NCBI GenBank assembly: GCA_038143065.1
Contig: JAYQLI010000035.1
Coordinates: 2,400,894-2,464,893, forward strand
Length of the DNA: 64,000 nucleotides
DNA from: Rhodospirillales bacterium
GTDB taxonomy: Bacteria; Pseudomonadota; Alphaproteobacteria; Bin95
Direction of reading: 5' to 3'
Shown: piece by piece, positions 33,753 to 43,809 of the stretch
How positions within the stretch are numbered: position 1 is the stretch's first letter
How the letters are laid out: each line of letters begins with the position of its first letter
Notes under the pieces: model-generated
What the model was told of the DNA's origin: nothing
Database searches by the model: none
What the model saw: only the letters and a program-made list of their open reading frames with translations
Made by a program: the position numbers and the translations under genes

Positions 33753-34313
33753 TCAGTAAGGGGCTGGGCGAACTTCTTGAACCTCAGGAATGAAATGCCG
33801 AAGCATATTTTCGATCCCCATTTTCAGAGTAGCGGTTGAACTAGGGCAGCCTGCACATGCGCCCTGCATCGACAAATAAACAATACCTTCCTCAAACCCT
33901 CGGAAAACTATATCGCCACCGTCTCCCGCCACTGCTGGACGAACTCGAGTATCTAAAAGCTCCTGGATCTGCTGAACCACGGGGTCACTGAAGTCTGGCC
34001 CATCCTCTTCGCCATCGAGTTCCGCTTCATTGTTTATTACAGGAAGCCCACGGGTAAAGTGCTCCATAATTGCACCCAAGACAGCAGGCTTTAAAATTTG
34101 CCACTCAATCATTTCAGATTTTGAAACCGAGATGAAATCTTTTCCCAGAAAAACAGCGGTGACACCTTCAATGTCAAACAGGGCAAGGGCAAGAGGTGAA
34201 TCTTGAGCAGCCCCTATGTTTTGAAAATCAGCGGAGCCAGCAGCAAGTACTTCCACACCTGGAATGAATTTCAGTGTCGCCGGGTTTGGTGTTGTTTCAG
34301 ATTGGATGAACAT
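33753..34313 (-). CDS. nfuA: NifU/NfuA family Fe-S carrier
   Basis: MFIQSETTPNPATLKF, RPAVAGDGGDI and GACAGCPSS (CxxC) motifs. Confidence 0.92.
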   Translation of the reverse strand: MFIQSETTPNPATLKFIPGVEVLAAGSADFQNIGAAQDSPLALALFDIEGVTAVFLGKDFISVSKSEMIEWQILKPAVLGAIMEHFTRGLPVINNEAELDGEEDGPDFSDPVVQQIQELLDTRVRPAVAGDGGDIVFRGFEEGIVYLSMQGACAGCPSSTATLKMGIENMLRHFIPEVQEVRPAPY

Positions 34314-34433
34314 ATTTTTACCCTCAAAGCCAGCAGCGTATTGTTTTATGAAATGGATGCTCAACTAGAGCTATAATCCCAGCTCTTATTATCCCTTATT
34401 TTGATTGGAAAGTTAATATATCAAGTAATAATG

Positions 34434-34479
34434 ATTTCTAGCGGCTAGAAATGCATGGAATGCCAATGCATTCCATGCA
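34434..34479. repeat. Two abutting perfect inverted repeats
   Basis: ATTTCTAGC-G-GCTAGAAAT (34434-34452) and TGCATGGAATGC-CAAT-GCATTCCATGCA (34452-34479). Confidence 0.85.
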
Positions 34480-34549
34480 GTATCCTGACTTTAGTGGGCA
34501 ATCTTAACTGGAACGGCTGTGAGTTAAAATTGCACTTACGAACTTTCTG

Positions 34550-35476
34550 CTAGCTGCTGTAAAAGGCCGAGACTGCATGCTTGGCTTCGGCAAAAAATAA
34601 CCATCTTTCAACTGCAGCTCCACCGATTGATAAAAGGGCAGCGATGCTCCACGTCATCTGAGATAAGCCATCATTTAAAATGCCAATTAACCCAAGGATG
34701 ACTGGTGCCAGAAAACCCATGCCTAGAACAATTTTCCTTAATTTTTCTGAATGTTTCCGTGCTAACCTAAACCCCATTTCTTTGTTTATATAGTTTGCTG
34801 TTGCGTGTGGAGCCTCGAGTTGTCGAACTTTTCCGAGTTTACCTAAGCCGGTTGCGCTCTCTGAGGTTAGGGAAATTACTCGTGATGCGCGCTTCCAATA
34901 GGAAATTTTCATGCCTGCCAGTGTGATAGCAGCTATCACTGATAAGACGGCGGGCAATTGGCCTTCACCATCGAAAAAGCTTATCAGCGCAGCCGAGGCA
35001 AATCCGCCAGTCAAAATTGCATAGGTGAGGTAAACTGGCGTCGTGAGTCTTGATTGCCACGCTGCGATAGGTTTCAAAGATTGATAGATCATGCCGGTGC
35101 ACAATACTGTTGTGAGGGCAGTTAGAATCCCTAGCCAGGATGAGATAACCCAAAAGTTTCCTTGCACATCAGTGACCATTCCAAGCCAAGCGAGGCTTAT
35201 AAAGACAAGGCTTAAGACAGCTACAATACCTTCTCGGGAAAGCCACGATGACCGCCATTGGCTGAACGCACGCCAAGCGCGGCGAGGGTTACCTAAGTGC
35301 ATTGTTGAGGCCAGAAGGCCAAAGGTGATAGCTGCCAAAGCTATCATTAGGCCTATGCCTCCAAGCCATTGATCATCCACAACTTTGGTTAGGTTTAGGA
35401 TAAGAATCCAAAACGCCAAACCGTATCCAAAACCGGAAGAAGTTGTGAAGAAGATAACGGAGTATGCCGGATGCAT
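34550..35476 (-). CDS. soeC: Sulfite dehydrogenase membrane anchor SoeC (DmsC family)
   Basis: MHPAYSVIFFT, HLGNPRRAWRAFSQWRSSWLSREG and ERWLFFAEAKH motifs. Confidence 0.88.
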   Translation of the reverse strand: MHPAYSVIFFTTSSGFGYGLAFWILILNLTKVVDDQWLGGIGLMIALAAITFGLLASTMHLGNPRRAWRAFSQWRSSWLSREGIVAVLSLVFISLAWLGMVTDVQGNFWVISSWLGILTALTTVLCTGMIYQSLKPIAAWQSRLTTPVYLTYAILTGGFASAALISFFDGEGQLPAVLSVIAAITLAGMKISYWKRASRVISLTSESATGLGKLGKVRQLEAPHATANYINKEMGFRLARKHSEKLRKIVLGMGFLAPVILGLIGILNDGLSQMTWSIAALLSIGGAAVERWLFFAEAKHAVSAFYSS

Positions 35477-35488
35477 TTTTTTTCCAAA

Positions 35489-36211
35489 CTAGTTTGAAAG
35501 TAATCGATCGACCCATTGCAAAAGACCATTTTGTGGATCATCATTTATCGATCGTTCCTGAGCTTTTTTTGAAGTTCGAGGTGGAAGATACTTATTTGTT
35601 GGCTTATAGCCGAGCTCTTGTCCAAGATCATAGCCGCCGCGGCTAGCAACTAACTTCGAGACTTCAGAATTTGGATCTCCAAGATCCCCAAAGTGACGAG
35701 CGGAAGCTGGGCAAGTAGCAACGCAGGCTGGCACTCGCTCATTTTCAGGAAGCGTTTCGTTATAAATTCGGTCAATGCAGAGGGTGCATTTTTTCATGAC
35801 ACCCGCATGTGGATCATATTCTCTAGCTCCATACGGGCATGCCCAGGAACATAGCTTACAGCCGATACATTTATCTTCATCAACAAGGACAATTCCATCT
35901 TCCGTTCTTTTGTACGATGCCCCGGTTGGACAAACGGATACGCATTGAGGTTCGGCACAATGAAGACATGAGCGCGGAAAGTGCACAGTGCGGCCTGTTT
36001 CACGATCCCCTGCTTCATAGGTATGGACTCTGTTAAACCAAACGCCATCTGGATTTGAATCATAAGGATTCAGGTCGGTCAGAGGTGCCATGTGGCCCCC
36101 GGTGTTCCATTCCTTACAATTTACGGCGCAGGCATGACAGCCAACACAGGTATCTAGGTCTATAACAAGACCAAGGCTCTTGGCTGGATTACTTTTGGGT
36201 AAGCTAGTCAT
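35489..36211 (-). CDS. soeB: Sulfite dehydrogenase Fe-S subunit SoeB
   Basis: GLVIDLDTCVGCHAC, CLHC..P.C..VCPTGA, CIGC..C..ACPYG and KCTLC motifs (four 4Fe-4S clusters). Confidence 0.9.
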   Translation of the reverse strand: MTSLPKSNPAKSLGLVIDLDTCVGCHACAVNCKEWNTGGHMAPLTDLNPYDSNPDGVWFNRVHTYEAGDRETGRTVHFPRSCLHCAEPQCVSVCPTGASYKRTEDGIVLVDEDKCIGCKLCSWACPYGAREYDPHAGVMKKCTLCIDRIYNETLPENERVPACVATCPASARHFGDLGDPNSEVSKLVASRGGYDLGQELGYKPTNKYLPPRTSKKAQERSINDDPQNGLLQWVDRLLSN

Positions 36212-39075
36212 TGCACTTGGCCCTTTGTCTTAAAAGCAGCACCGTATTGTAGGAGGTTTGGTCGCTTGCCACTGGAAGGGTTTTGCGGAAGAGATGGTGC
36301 CAGAGGTTCGGTCTTATCAGCGCCAGCTGGTGCTGGTTCTAGTTGAACCCGTAGGTCAAACCAAGCCGCTTGGCCGGTCACAGGGTCGGCATTTGGCCAC
36401 TGAATTCCATTAGATTTTGGCAAGAGTTCAGAGATCAGATGGTTGAGCAGAAACCCTTCGTTGCTCTCTGGAGCATCATCTGACAAGCCCCAAGCACCTC
36501 GTCGTTTTCCGATGGCGTTCCAGGTCCAGACAGTCCTTGGATTAACACCTTCCATAGTCTTGATGCGGGCCTTGATTTTACCTGTTGGGCTTTTTACGTA
36601 CACCCAACCATTGTCCTCTAACCCCAGACTCTCTGCGAGTTCTCTGGCCACAAAGAGACGATTGGACGTATGAATTTGTCGAAGCCAAGCGTTTTGTGAA
36701 CCCCAAGAATGGTACATTGCCATAGGGCGCTGAGTTATAGCGTGAAGTGGATAATCGCCACTGGGATCTTCCAATCCGTTGAGGGGCGGGCGCCAACGAG
36801 GTATAGGATCAAAATTTTCCAGGATACGTTGCCTGGCTTCAGCTGTTGGTGGTTGAATGTCTCCATGCCCGGCAGCTGCTTGATGGAATGCCTGCATTGG
36901 TTCTGAATAAATGCGTAAAACGATGGGATCTGCAGAGGGTATGAAACCCATTCCTTTTGCCCATTCCAAGTAATTTTTATTGGAATGTTTAAAGTAACGC
37001 TGATCTGGCTCAAGATGGTGCTTCCAAAAGGCGCCGTTTTTAATATACCGATCGAGTTGGTTTGGATTAGGTGGCCCTACGCCACTTCTTTCACCGTCAT
37101 CACCACGCCAACCCGCTAGAGGGCCAACGCCGGGAGCTCGCTCATGATTAACGATATAGTCTGCATATCCCCCTGGATACCGTGCTGATCCGTTGTCTGT
37201 AGTGAATGCGGGAAGGCCAAGTCTGTAGCCTAGGTCTATAACTACGTCTTGGAATGCTCGAACGTCTCGATCTGGTTCAACAACGGGCTGGCGAATTGCA
37301 TCCGCAGGCCCTTCTGCATCAGAAATAGGTCGGTCCAGGATAGATATAGCATCCCATCTTTCTAGGTAGGTCGTATCTGGTAACACCAGATCTGCATATG
37401 CGACTGTCTCGGACCAGAAAGCGTCACTATATATGAAATGTTTAATTTTATACTCACCAGTACTTTCATCAATCGCCGTTAAATTTTTCAATGCATTGGC
37501 GACATTCATGGACGAGTTCCAACCCATATTCGCCATGTACATGAAAAGGACATCTACTGGGGTTGGGTTTGCTTTGCCCGCGTTCTCAATAACCATATGC
37601 ATTAGCCCATGTGCTGAGAGAGGGGCCTCCCAGCTGTAAGCATGGTCAATACGAATAGGTCCCCCGGTCTCATCTAGGAGAAGATCCTCTGGTCCTCCCA
37701 CAAATCCCAGCGGCATTCCAGGAATAGGTTCACCTGCTTTGATTTGGGAGAGTTTGCCAGGTGGTTTTGGGCCCGGAGGAATGGGCTTTGGGAAAGGGGC
37801 TTTGTAGCGAAAGGACCCTGGTGCATCCACCGCACCTAAAAGCATTTGCAAAACATGCAGTAATCTGCACGTGTCAAACCCATTAGAATGGGCTGAGATT
37901 CCGCGCATCGCATGAATTGAAACTGGGCGGCCCTTCATGCTTTCGTGTCGAACCCCGCGCCAGTCAGTCCACGGTTGTTGAATTTCCATGGGGTCATCAA
38001 ATGCAGACGAGGCTATTTCTTGAGCGAGATGTCGAATGCGCTCGGCGGGAACATCCGTTAATTTTGATACAGATTCTGGAGAATGCTCAGGCTCGAGATA
38101 TCGTTCAGCTAAAAGTTGAAAAACACTTTTTGCCTTTTGGCCCCCAGGAAGATCGCGCTCTCCTATGAGGGCTAGTTTTGCTTCTACGGTACGCGCTGGA
38201 ATCAATTTGTTATTGATTCCATCCCAGCTTAGAGGTTGTCCTTCATCATCTCGCACCACCTGTCCATGATTAGCATGGCCGGGATTCTGTATGACCAACC
38301 AGCTAGCGTCCGTTGTTTGGGCCAAGAACTCAAGATCGATGCGATCTGTTCGGAGGAGTTCATGGATGAGAGCACCAATTAAAGCGCCATCCGTACCAGG
38401 ACGCACTCCAATCCATTCATCAGCGATGGCTGAGTAGCCGGTTCTAACAGGGTTAACTGAGACAACTTTAGCTCCTCTAGCTTTCATCTTGCCGAGGCCG
38501 ATTTTTATTGGATTTGAATCATGGTCCTCTGCAACCCCAAACAAGAGAAGTATCCGGGCATTTTCCCAATCAGGTTCGCCAAATTCCCAAAAAGACCCGC
38601 CTATAGAATACAGTCCACCAGCTGCCATGTTGACTGAACAAAAACCGCCATGTGCTGCAAAATTAGGTGTGCCGAATTGTGCCGCCCAGAAACCAGTGAG
38701 GGCCTGCGATTGATCGCGTCCAGTGAAAAAGGCAAGGCGACGAGGGTCGTTATTCCTAACTTCCGATAGCCAACCAGTTGCCAATCGCAGTGCTTCTTCC
38801 CATTCAATCTCTTCAAATTTACCTTCGCCGCGTGCTCCAACTCGTTTGAGAGGCTTAGACAGTCGGGCAGGGGAATAATGGTGCATAATACCTGCAGAGC
38901 CTTTGCCGCAGAGGACACCTTTATTGACTGGATGGTCGGGGTTACCGTCGATATAGCGGATTTTGCCATCACGTAAGTGAACACGGATACCGCACCGACA
39001 GGCGCACATGTAGCAAGTGGTGGTCTTTACGGTATCAGCGACAGGTCTGGAGGTTTCTATTTTTTCTTGTTTCAT
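36208..39075 (-). CDS. soeA: Molybdopterin sulfite dehydrogenase catalytic subunit SoeA
   Basis: TTTCYMCACRCGI...HPVNKGVLCGKGSAG, HGGFCSVNM, HAMRGISAHSNG and MYHSWGSQNAWLRQI motifs; no Tat signal; followed by soeB and soeC. Confidence 0.9.
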   Translation of the reverse strand: MKQEKIETSRPVADTVKTTTCYMCACRCGIRVHLRDGKIRYIDGNPDHPVNKGVLCGKGSAGIMHHYSPARLSKPLKRVGARGEGKFEEIEWEEALRLATGWLSEVRNNDPRRLAFFTGRDQSQALTGFWAAQFGTPNFAAHGGFCSVNMAAGGLYSIGGSFWEFGEPDWENARILLLFGVAEDHDSNPIKIGLGKMKARGAKVVSVNPVRTGYSAIADEWIGVRPGTDGALIGALIHELLRTDRIDLEFLAQTTDASWLVIQNPGHANHGQVVRDDEGQPLSWDGINNKLIPARTVEAKLALIGERDLPGGQKAKSVFQLLAERYLEPEHSPESVSKLTDVPAERIRHLAQEIASSAFDDPMEIQQPWTDWRGVRHESMKGRPVSIHAMRGISAHSNGFDTCRLLHVLQMLLGAVDAPGSFRYKAPFPKPIPPGPKPPGKLSQIKAGEPIPGMPLGFVGGPEDLLLDETGGPIRIDHAYSWEAPLSAHGLMHMVIENAGKANPTPVDVLFMYMANMGWNSSMNVANALKNLTAIDESTGEYKIKHFIYSDAFWSETVAYADLVLPDTTYLERWDAISILDRPISDAEGPADAIRQPVVEPDRDVRAFQDVVIDLGYRLGLPAFTTDNGSARYPGGYADYIVNHERAPGVGPLAGWRGDDGERSGVGPPNPNQLDRYIKNGAFWKHHLEPDQRYFKHSNKNYLEWAKGMGFIPSADPIVLRIYSEPMQAFHQAAAGHGDIQPPTAEARQRILENFDPIPRWRPPLNGLEDPSGDYPLHAITQRPMAMYHSWGSQNAWLRQIHTSNRLFVARELAESLGLEDNGWVYVKSPTGKIKARIKTMEGVNPRTVWTWNAIGKRRGAWGLSDDAPESNEGFLLNHLISELLPKSNGIQWPNADPVTGQAAWFDLRVQLEPAPAGADKTEPLAPSLPQNPSSGKRPNLLQYGAAFKTKGQVQ

Positions 39076-39569
39076 GCGAATGACTGCACTTCCTCTTCGG
39101 ACATGTTGCCGGGCACTATGACAAGCGGGATATGTAGTCGGCCAATCGCCTTACCCGTTATTTCTGTGATGAGAGGGCCAGGCCCCTCCTTTCCAGTGTT
39201 AGCAGCTAGAATGAGAAACGCAATGCCGCTGTCTTCTTCAATCTGTTGAACGACTTCTTCACCGCATTGACCTTCTCGTATATATAAAAGAGGTGTCAGA
39301 CCTGATAGGCGTTTAACTCTATCCGCTGCTTGGAGGAGACGGCGCTCTGCGTCTGCGCGAGCCTCTTCACGCATTAGATCGCCAACTGATGCCCAATGCT
39401 GAAATGCATCCGCTTGCTCCATTACAAAGAGTAACCCTACCCGCGCCCCTGTTCGTTTGGAGCGCATCGACGCGTAATCAAGAGCAATATGCAGCTCATC
39501 GGTGTCGTCTAAAACACATAAGAGCACACGATTGGTTCTACTAGAACTAGGAGAGACGTCGTTATTCAT
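39072..39569 (-). CDS. Universal stress protein
   Basis: LCVLDDTDE, FQHW, IREG, GPGPLI and IPLVIVPG motifs; ATG 39569; stop overlaps the soeA start. Confidence 0.9.
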   Translation of the reverse strand: MNNDVSPSSSRTNRVLLCVLDDTDELHIALDYASMRSKRTGARVGLLFVMEQADAFQHWASVGDLMREEARADAERRLLQAADRVKRLSGLTPLLYIREGQCGEEVVQQIEEDSGIAFLILAANTGKEGPGPLITEITGKAIGRLHIPLVIVPGNMSEEEVQSFA

Positions 39570-39592
39570 GATGCATCCTTCGCTGGCAAAGC

Positions 39593-40324
39593 CTAACTGC
39601 GTCTGAAGACTAGGCCGCCAAGCCATCCTGCGCTGAGGGCAATAGCGATTGCAATTATACCGTAGGTTAGAGGCTGGTTATGGGCGAGGTCGAATACGTA
39701 GGCGCTGAAACCAACTTTGCGGACTGCAAGTGGAGTACTTGCTCCTGCCACCGGCCATCCATCTACAACTTGGTAAACGGTCACAGAGTAAGTGCCAACA
39801 GGTGTTGATGCTGGAAATGGAATTTTTACTCGAAACAAACCATCTGGACGAATTTGCACTGTTCCGGGTGAGTCAGAATATAATTTGGCACGTGTTTTGA
39901 GCTCAATGAGAGCTTCTCTGAAAGTTTCACTACGTTTTGTTTCGGTTTTGGCATTCAGGCCGAGGTACTTGGCACCAAGACCAGTCTCTGCAAGAATGGT
40001 TTCAATTCGCCCATCGGCATTAAGGTTTGGCGTTGCAGCAACAAAATAGAACCCGGGGGCAGAGTCAAATAAGACTTCGGTTTTGTTCACCCATATGCCA
40101 CCCACTCGCTCTTTTCGCCGGACTGTTGTGCTAAACTCTGGACCTTTAACAATTACCAGTATGTCTTCTGTGTTACCTTTGTGGCCGAATAAAAGGAGCT
40201 CAGTGCCATCAAACCCCGCGTTGATCTCTATTTCGTGGCTCGAAAGATCAGTTGCAATCTGTTGAGCCTTCGCAAATGTGAGTGGTATCAATGCGCTAAG
40301 GATTAGCGCTAGCATTTGCATCAC
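39593..40324 (-). CDS. TIGR02186 family conserved membrane protein
   Basis: Signal peptide, DLS..EI.I...F.G.ELLLFG, VRRKERVGGIWVN and a C-terminal TM ending LVFRRS. Confidence 0.88.
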   Translation of the reverse strand: MMQMLALILSALIPLTFAKAQQIATDLSSHEIEINAGFDGTELLLFGHKGNTEDILVIVKGPEFSTTVRRKERVGGIWVNKTEVLFDSAPGFYFVAATPNLNADGRIETILAETGLGAKYLGLNAKTETKRSETFREALIELKTRAKLYSDSPGTVQIRPDGLFRVKIPFPASTPVGTYSVTVYQVVDGWPVAGASTPLAVRKVGFSAYVFDLAHNQPLTYGIIAIAIALSAGWLGGLVFRRS

Positions 40325-41244
40325 TTCATTCCTGTTTGGATAGTGACCGAATATGGAAAGCTTGGTGTGGCAACCAATTCAAAGAGGATGCCACCACAGG
40401 TCGCGAGAACCAAGACGGCAAGCAAAACACGAAATTGTTCCCCGGGTAATTTATTGCCTAACCGTGTTCCAAGTTGAACTCCTGCGATGGATCCAACTAG
40501 CATTAAAACGGCCAGAATAATATCTACGGTTTGATTCAGCCATGCCTGCATTAAGGTGACATTCATCACGACAAACAAAATTTGAAATAGCGATGTCCCA
40601 GCGACTACGGATGTTGGCATTCCTATGAGATAAATCATTGCGGGCACCATTATAAAACCTCCACCAACGCCCATAAGGGCTGCTAGAAGGCCTACAAAAG
40701 CACCGACAGCCAAAGGTAAGAGTGCTGAAACATATAAACGGGATTTATGAAAACGCATTTTAAAGGGTAGACCGTGTACCCATATATGAGTGTGCAGTTT
40801 GCCGCGTTGTGCAGTTCCGCGTCGTTTTCTTGCAATTGACCGAACTGACTCAAAGAACATTAAGCTTCCAATTACGCCCAAGAAAACGACATAAGAAAGT
40901 CCAATTACAACGTCTACTTGACCGACTGATTGTAATTCTCGAAAGAGAAAGACGCCTAGGGTAGACCCTATGACGCCACCCACTAGCAGTACTCCGCCCA
41001 TCTTGAAATCAACGCTCCGGCGTCGCCAGTGCGCCAATACCCCAGTTATTGAGGTTGCAACTAGTAAATTTGCTCCGGATCCAACTGCTACTGCTGGGGA
41101 TACTCCTATAAACATGAGCAATGGTGTCATGAGAAACCCGCCACCAACGCCAAATACGCCAGACAATATTCCCACAGCAGCGCCAAGCCCTATCAACAAG
41201 AAGACGTCGACTGAAATTTCTGCAATAGGGAGGTAAACGTGCAT
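40321..41244 (-). CDS. TauE/SafE family sulfite exporter-like permease
   Basis: MHVYLPIAE start, FGVGGGFLMTP and MGVGGGFIMVP duplicated motifs, GTSLFQ. Confidence 0.92.
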   Translation of the reverse strand: MHVYLPIAEISVDVFLLIGLGAAVGILSGVFGVGGGFLMTPLLMFIGVSPAVAVGSGANLLVATSITGVLAHWRRRSVDFKMGGVLLVGGVIGSTLGVFLFRELQSVGQVDVVIGLSYVVFLGVIGSLMFFESVRSIARKRRGTAQRGKLHTHIWVHGLPFKMRFHKSRLYVSALLPLAVGAFVGLLAALMGVGGGFIMVPAMIYLIGMPTSVVAGTSLFQILFVVMNVTLMQAWLNQTVDIILAVLMLVGSIAGVQLGTRLGNKLPGEQFRVLLAVLVLATCGGILFELVATPSFPYSVTIQTGMK

Positions 41245-41373
41245 ATGGCCCTTGCCCAATCAGCGAACTAAGCTGTTGTTTCCCGGTACTTTTTTGTTTT
41301 TAAAAAAGATAGATGGGTTCGCTTAAATTTAATAGACCTTCCCCCAACGCATTCTTTCAAGGGTGCAGCCAGC

Positions 41374-41721
41374 TCACTCCCCATCTTCCCTCTGCTTAAA
41401 AAGTGGGTTTTCTAAGGCATCGTCTAGTACTTCAACGACCCAAATATCGCGGTCAATTTTGAATTCCTTTGCAATACGTTCATCCGCTGCAACTTCTGTC
41501 TGGGAATTCTCTGGAAGAAGGTTTCGCCAGTTCCACCTTCCATCATCAGTGAGCGACTGGCCATACAAATATGCACACCCGCTTCGGCTGTAGACTTTTA
41601 TAAAAACGGATCCTGCATCAGGGTCGCCTCGGCGAAGAACAGCAGCCGGGTATCCCGATATTTCTGCTGATCTTAAGCAGGAGTCCACAACCACTCGTGA
41701 CCTTAGGCGTTCCGAAGTCAA
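41374..41721 (-). CDS. DUF1491 family protein
   Basis: VLRRGDPDAGSVFIK and DRDIWVVEV motifs; start reassigned to TTG 41721 behind GGAAGGA. Confidence 0.85.
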   Translation of the reverse strand: MTSERLRSRVVVDSCLRSAEISGYPAAVLRRGDPDAGSVFIKVYSRSGCAYLYGQSLTDDGRWNWRNLLPENSQTEVAADERIAKEFKIDRDIWVVEVLDDALENPLFKQREDGE

Positions 41722-41752
41722 AGTGCTTTCCTTCCGCTCCAAAGAAGCTGCG

Positions 41753-41796
41753 ACCATGTAGCAGATTCACAGGCGAACCCATTCTGCTACATTGGT
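41753..41796 (-). promoter_or_regulatory. Strand-specific RNA hairpin upstream of the DUF1491 gene
   Basis: ACCA-AUGUAGCAGA-AUGGG-[UUCG]-CCUGU-GAA-UCUGCUACAU-GGU; the inner stem relies on G-U pairs that form only on the minus strand. Confidence 0.5.
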
Positions 41797-42017
41797 TTTT
41801 ATGCGTAACCCCTAGTTTTGCTGGGTGCCGTATGTGAGGGGAAGATCATAGCACGTGTTCTTGTCCTTCAATAGAGAGTGTTGCAGCAGTTGGAAATTTG
41901 GGTCCAAGTTAGATTGTTCGAATGGCCCTAGATTCTGTTTGTTGGAGCGTAAACAGCGATGAAGTCGTTTAGAAGTCTCGATGTAGGCTAATTTTAATCC
42001 GGGGTAACTCGAAAGCT

Positions 42018-43804
42018 ATGATAGCTTCCTTGCCAAATAAGAACAGAAATTTGCCGTTCAAAACGGATGGTTTTAGGACTGTGTTGGAAGCCCTGGACTA
42101 TGCAGCGGCGGGAGAAACAGGCTTCAGCTACTACACTCCACGTGGTGACTTATCAGACACCCTGACTTTTAGTCAGCTGCGTGAACGCTCCTTGGATTTA
42201 GCCCAACGTCTGGTCGGTGCAGGGTTAAAGAAGGGTGACCGGGTGGCAATGATAGCCGAGTCCACTCCAGATTTTTTCACCTTTTTTTATGGTTGTCAGT
42301 ATGCAGGACTAGTTCCGGTGCCGCTTCCCTTTCCAATGCATCTTGGCGGCAAAGAAGCTTATATTGCTCAGCTATCGCGGATGATGCAGAGCGCTCGAGC
42401 AGCTGCAGCAGTATCATCTGAAGAGTTAGTTGATTACTTGCGGCAAGCTACAGCTGGGTTACAGACCCCTATGGTTGGCACTCACGTAGACTTTTACCGA
42501 TTACCTGAAAGCAAAACGCCTCTTCCTCGAATAACTGAAGATGATATCTGTTACATTCAGTATTCCTCAGGAAGTACTCGTTTTCCTCACGGAATAGCCG
42601 CATCTCACAAATCAGTGACGGCCAATTGCTCTGGAATTCTCAATCATGGCGTCAAGGCGCGTCATGGGGATCGTTGCGTGTCATGGCTCCCACTTTACCA
42701 TGATATGGGACTGGTGGGTTGCTGTCTGAGCCCAACGTATGCGCAGATGTCCACTGACTTTATCGCTACACCTGATTTTGCTCGCCGCCCTTTGATTTGG
42801 CTGAAGGTCTTATCAGAAAATAAAGGCACAATTTCATTTAGTCCTACTTTTGGATATGACATTTGCCTCCGGCGTGCGGCTCGAGCTCGTTCGGATGAAT
42901 TTGATTTATCTGCTTGGCGGGTTGCGGGGATAGGCGCAGAAATGGTTCGCGCTGACATTTTGGCCCGATTTGCTGAAACCTTCGAACCCAGCGGATTTAA
43001 TTCAAAGGCATTTCTTGCAAGTTATGGGCTAGCAGAGTCGACCCTGGCAGTCACTTTTCGGAAATCGACACAGGTATTGAAGTCGATGCCATTGTGAAGC
43101 GCGATTACTCTCTGACTGGGCGTGCAAGGCCAGGGCAGCCTGCAAATGACGCATTGGAAGTTAGACCTTTTACGTTTTGTGGGAAGATATTGCCGAACCA
43201 TGAGCTGGCAATCCGAGATAATGAGGGTAACGACTTAGCCGATCGGTTGATTGGTAGAGTGTACGTGCGCGGTCCGAGTGTTATGAATGGTTATTTTGGG
43301 GACCCTGCTGCTACAAAAAGAGTGCTTTCCAAGACAGGTTGGTTAGATACGGGGGACATGGGTTACACCGTAAATGGTAACCTCGTGATAACTGGTAGAG
43401 GCAAGGACTTAATAATTTACAATGGCCGTAATATATGGCCGCAAGATATCGAGTGGGCGGTTGAAGGCCTCGAGGGCTTGAGGCGAGGGGACGCAGCAGC
43501 GTTTTCCGTAGAAGACCAAGATGGCGCTGAGGAAGTGGTTGTTGTCGTGCAATGTCGTGCGATTGACACAGACACTCGTGAACAACTTGAGCGTGAAATT
43601 GCTGCTCAGACGCGTTTAATAGCGGGCGCTGATTGTAAAGTTGTTCTTGCACAACCTAGAAGTTTACCGATGACTTCTTCAGGAAAGCTCAGCCGCACAG
43701 CAGCAAAAGCTAATTATCTTGCAGGACATTATTCACCTCAAAGCACAAGTGCTGCGCTCCGAACTGCCTCGTCCGCTACAATGTTAGCAGTGGCCAGAGA
43801 TTAA
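42018..43804 (+). CDS. Fatty acyl-AMP ligase / acyl-ACP synthetase of the sphingolipid locus (frameshift near 43057)
   Basis: YIQYSSGSTRFPHG, WLPLYHDMGL, YGLAE, LDTGDMG and TSSGKL motifs; adding one T restores TFSEIDTGIEVDAIVKR. Confidence 0.9.
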
Positions 43805-43809
43805 AAAAA

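Noticed and set aside
36208-39075. Periplasmic DMSO reductase DmsA
   Set aside because: No twin-arginine signal is present, and the motifs and subunit N-termini fit SoeABC.
41720-41800. SRP RNA (GGAAGGAAAGCA resembles the ffs core)
   Set aside because: It lacks the TCAGGTCCGGAAGGAAGCAGC context, and the purine run is better explained as the DUF1491 RBS.
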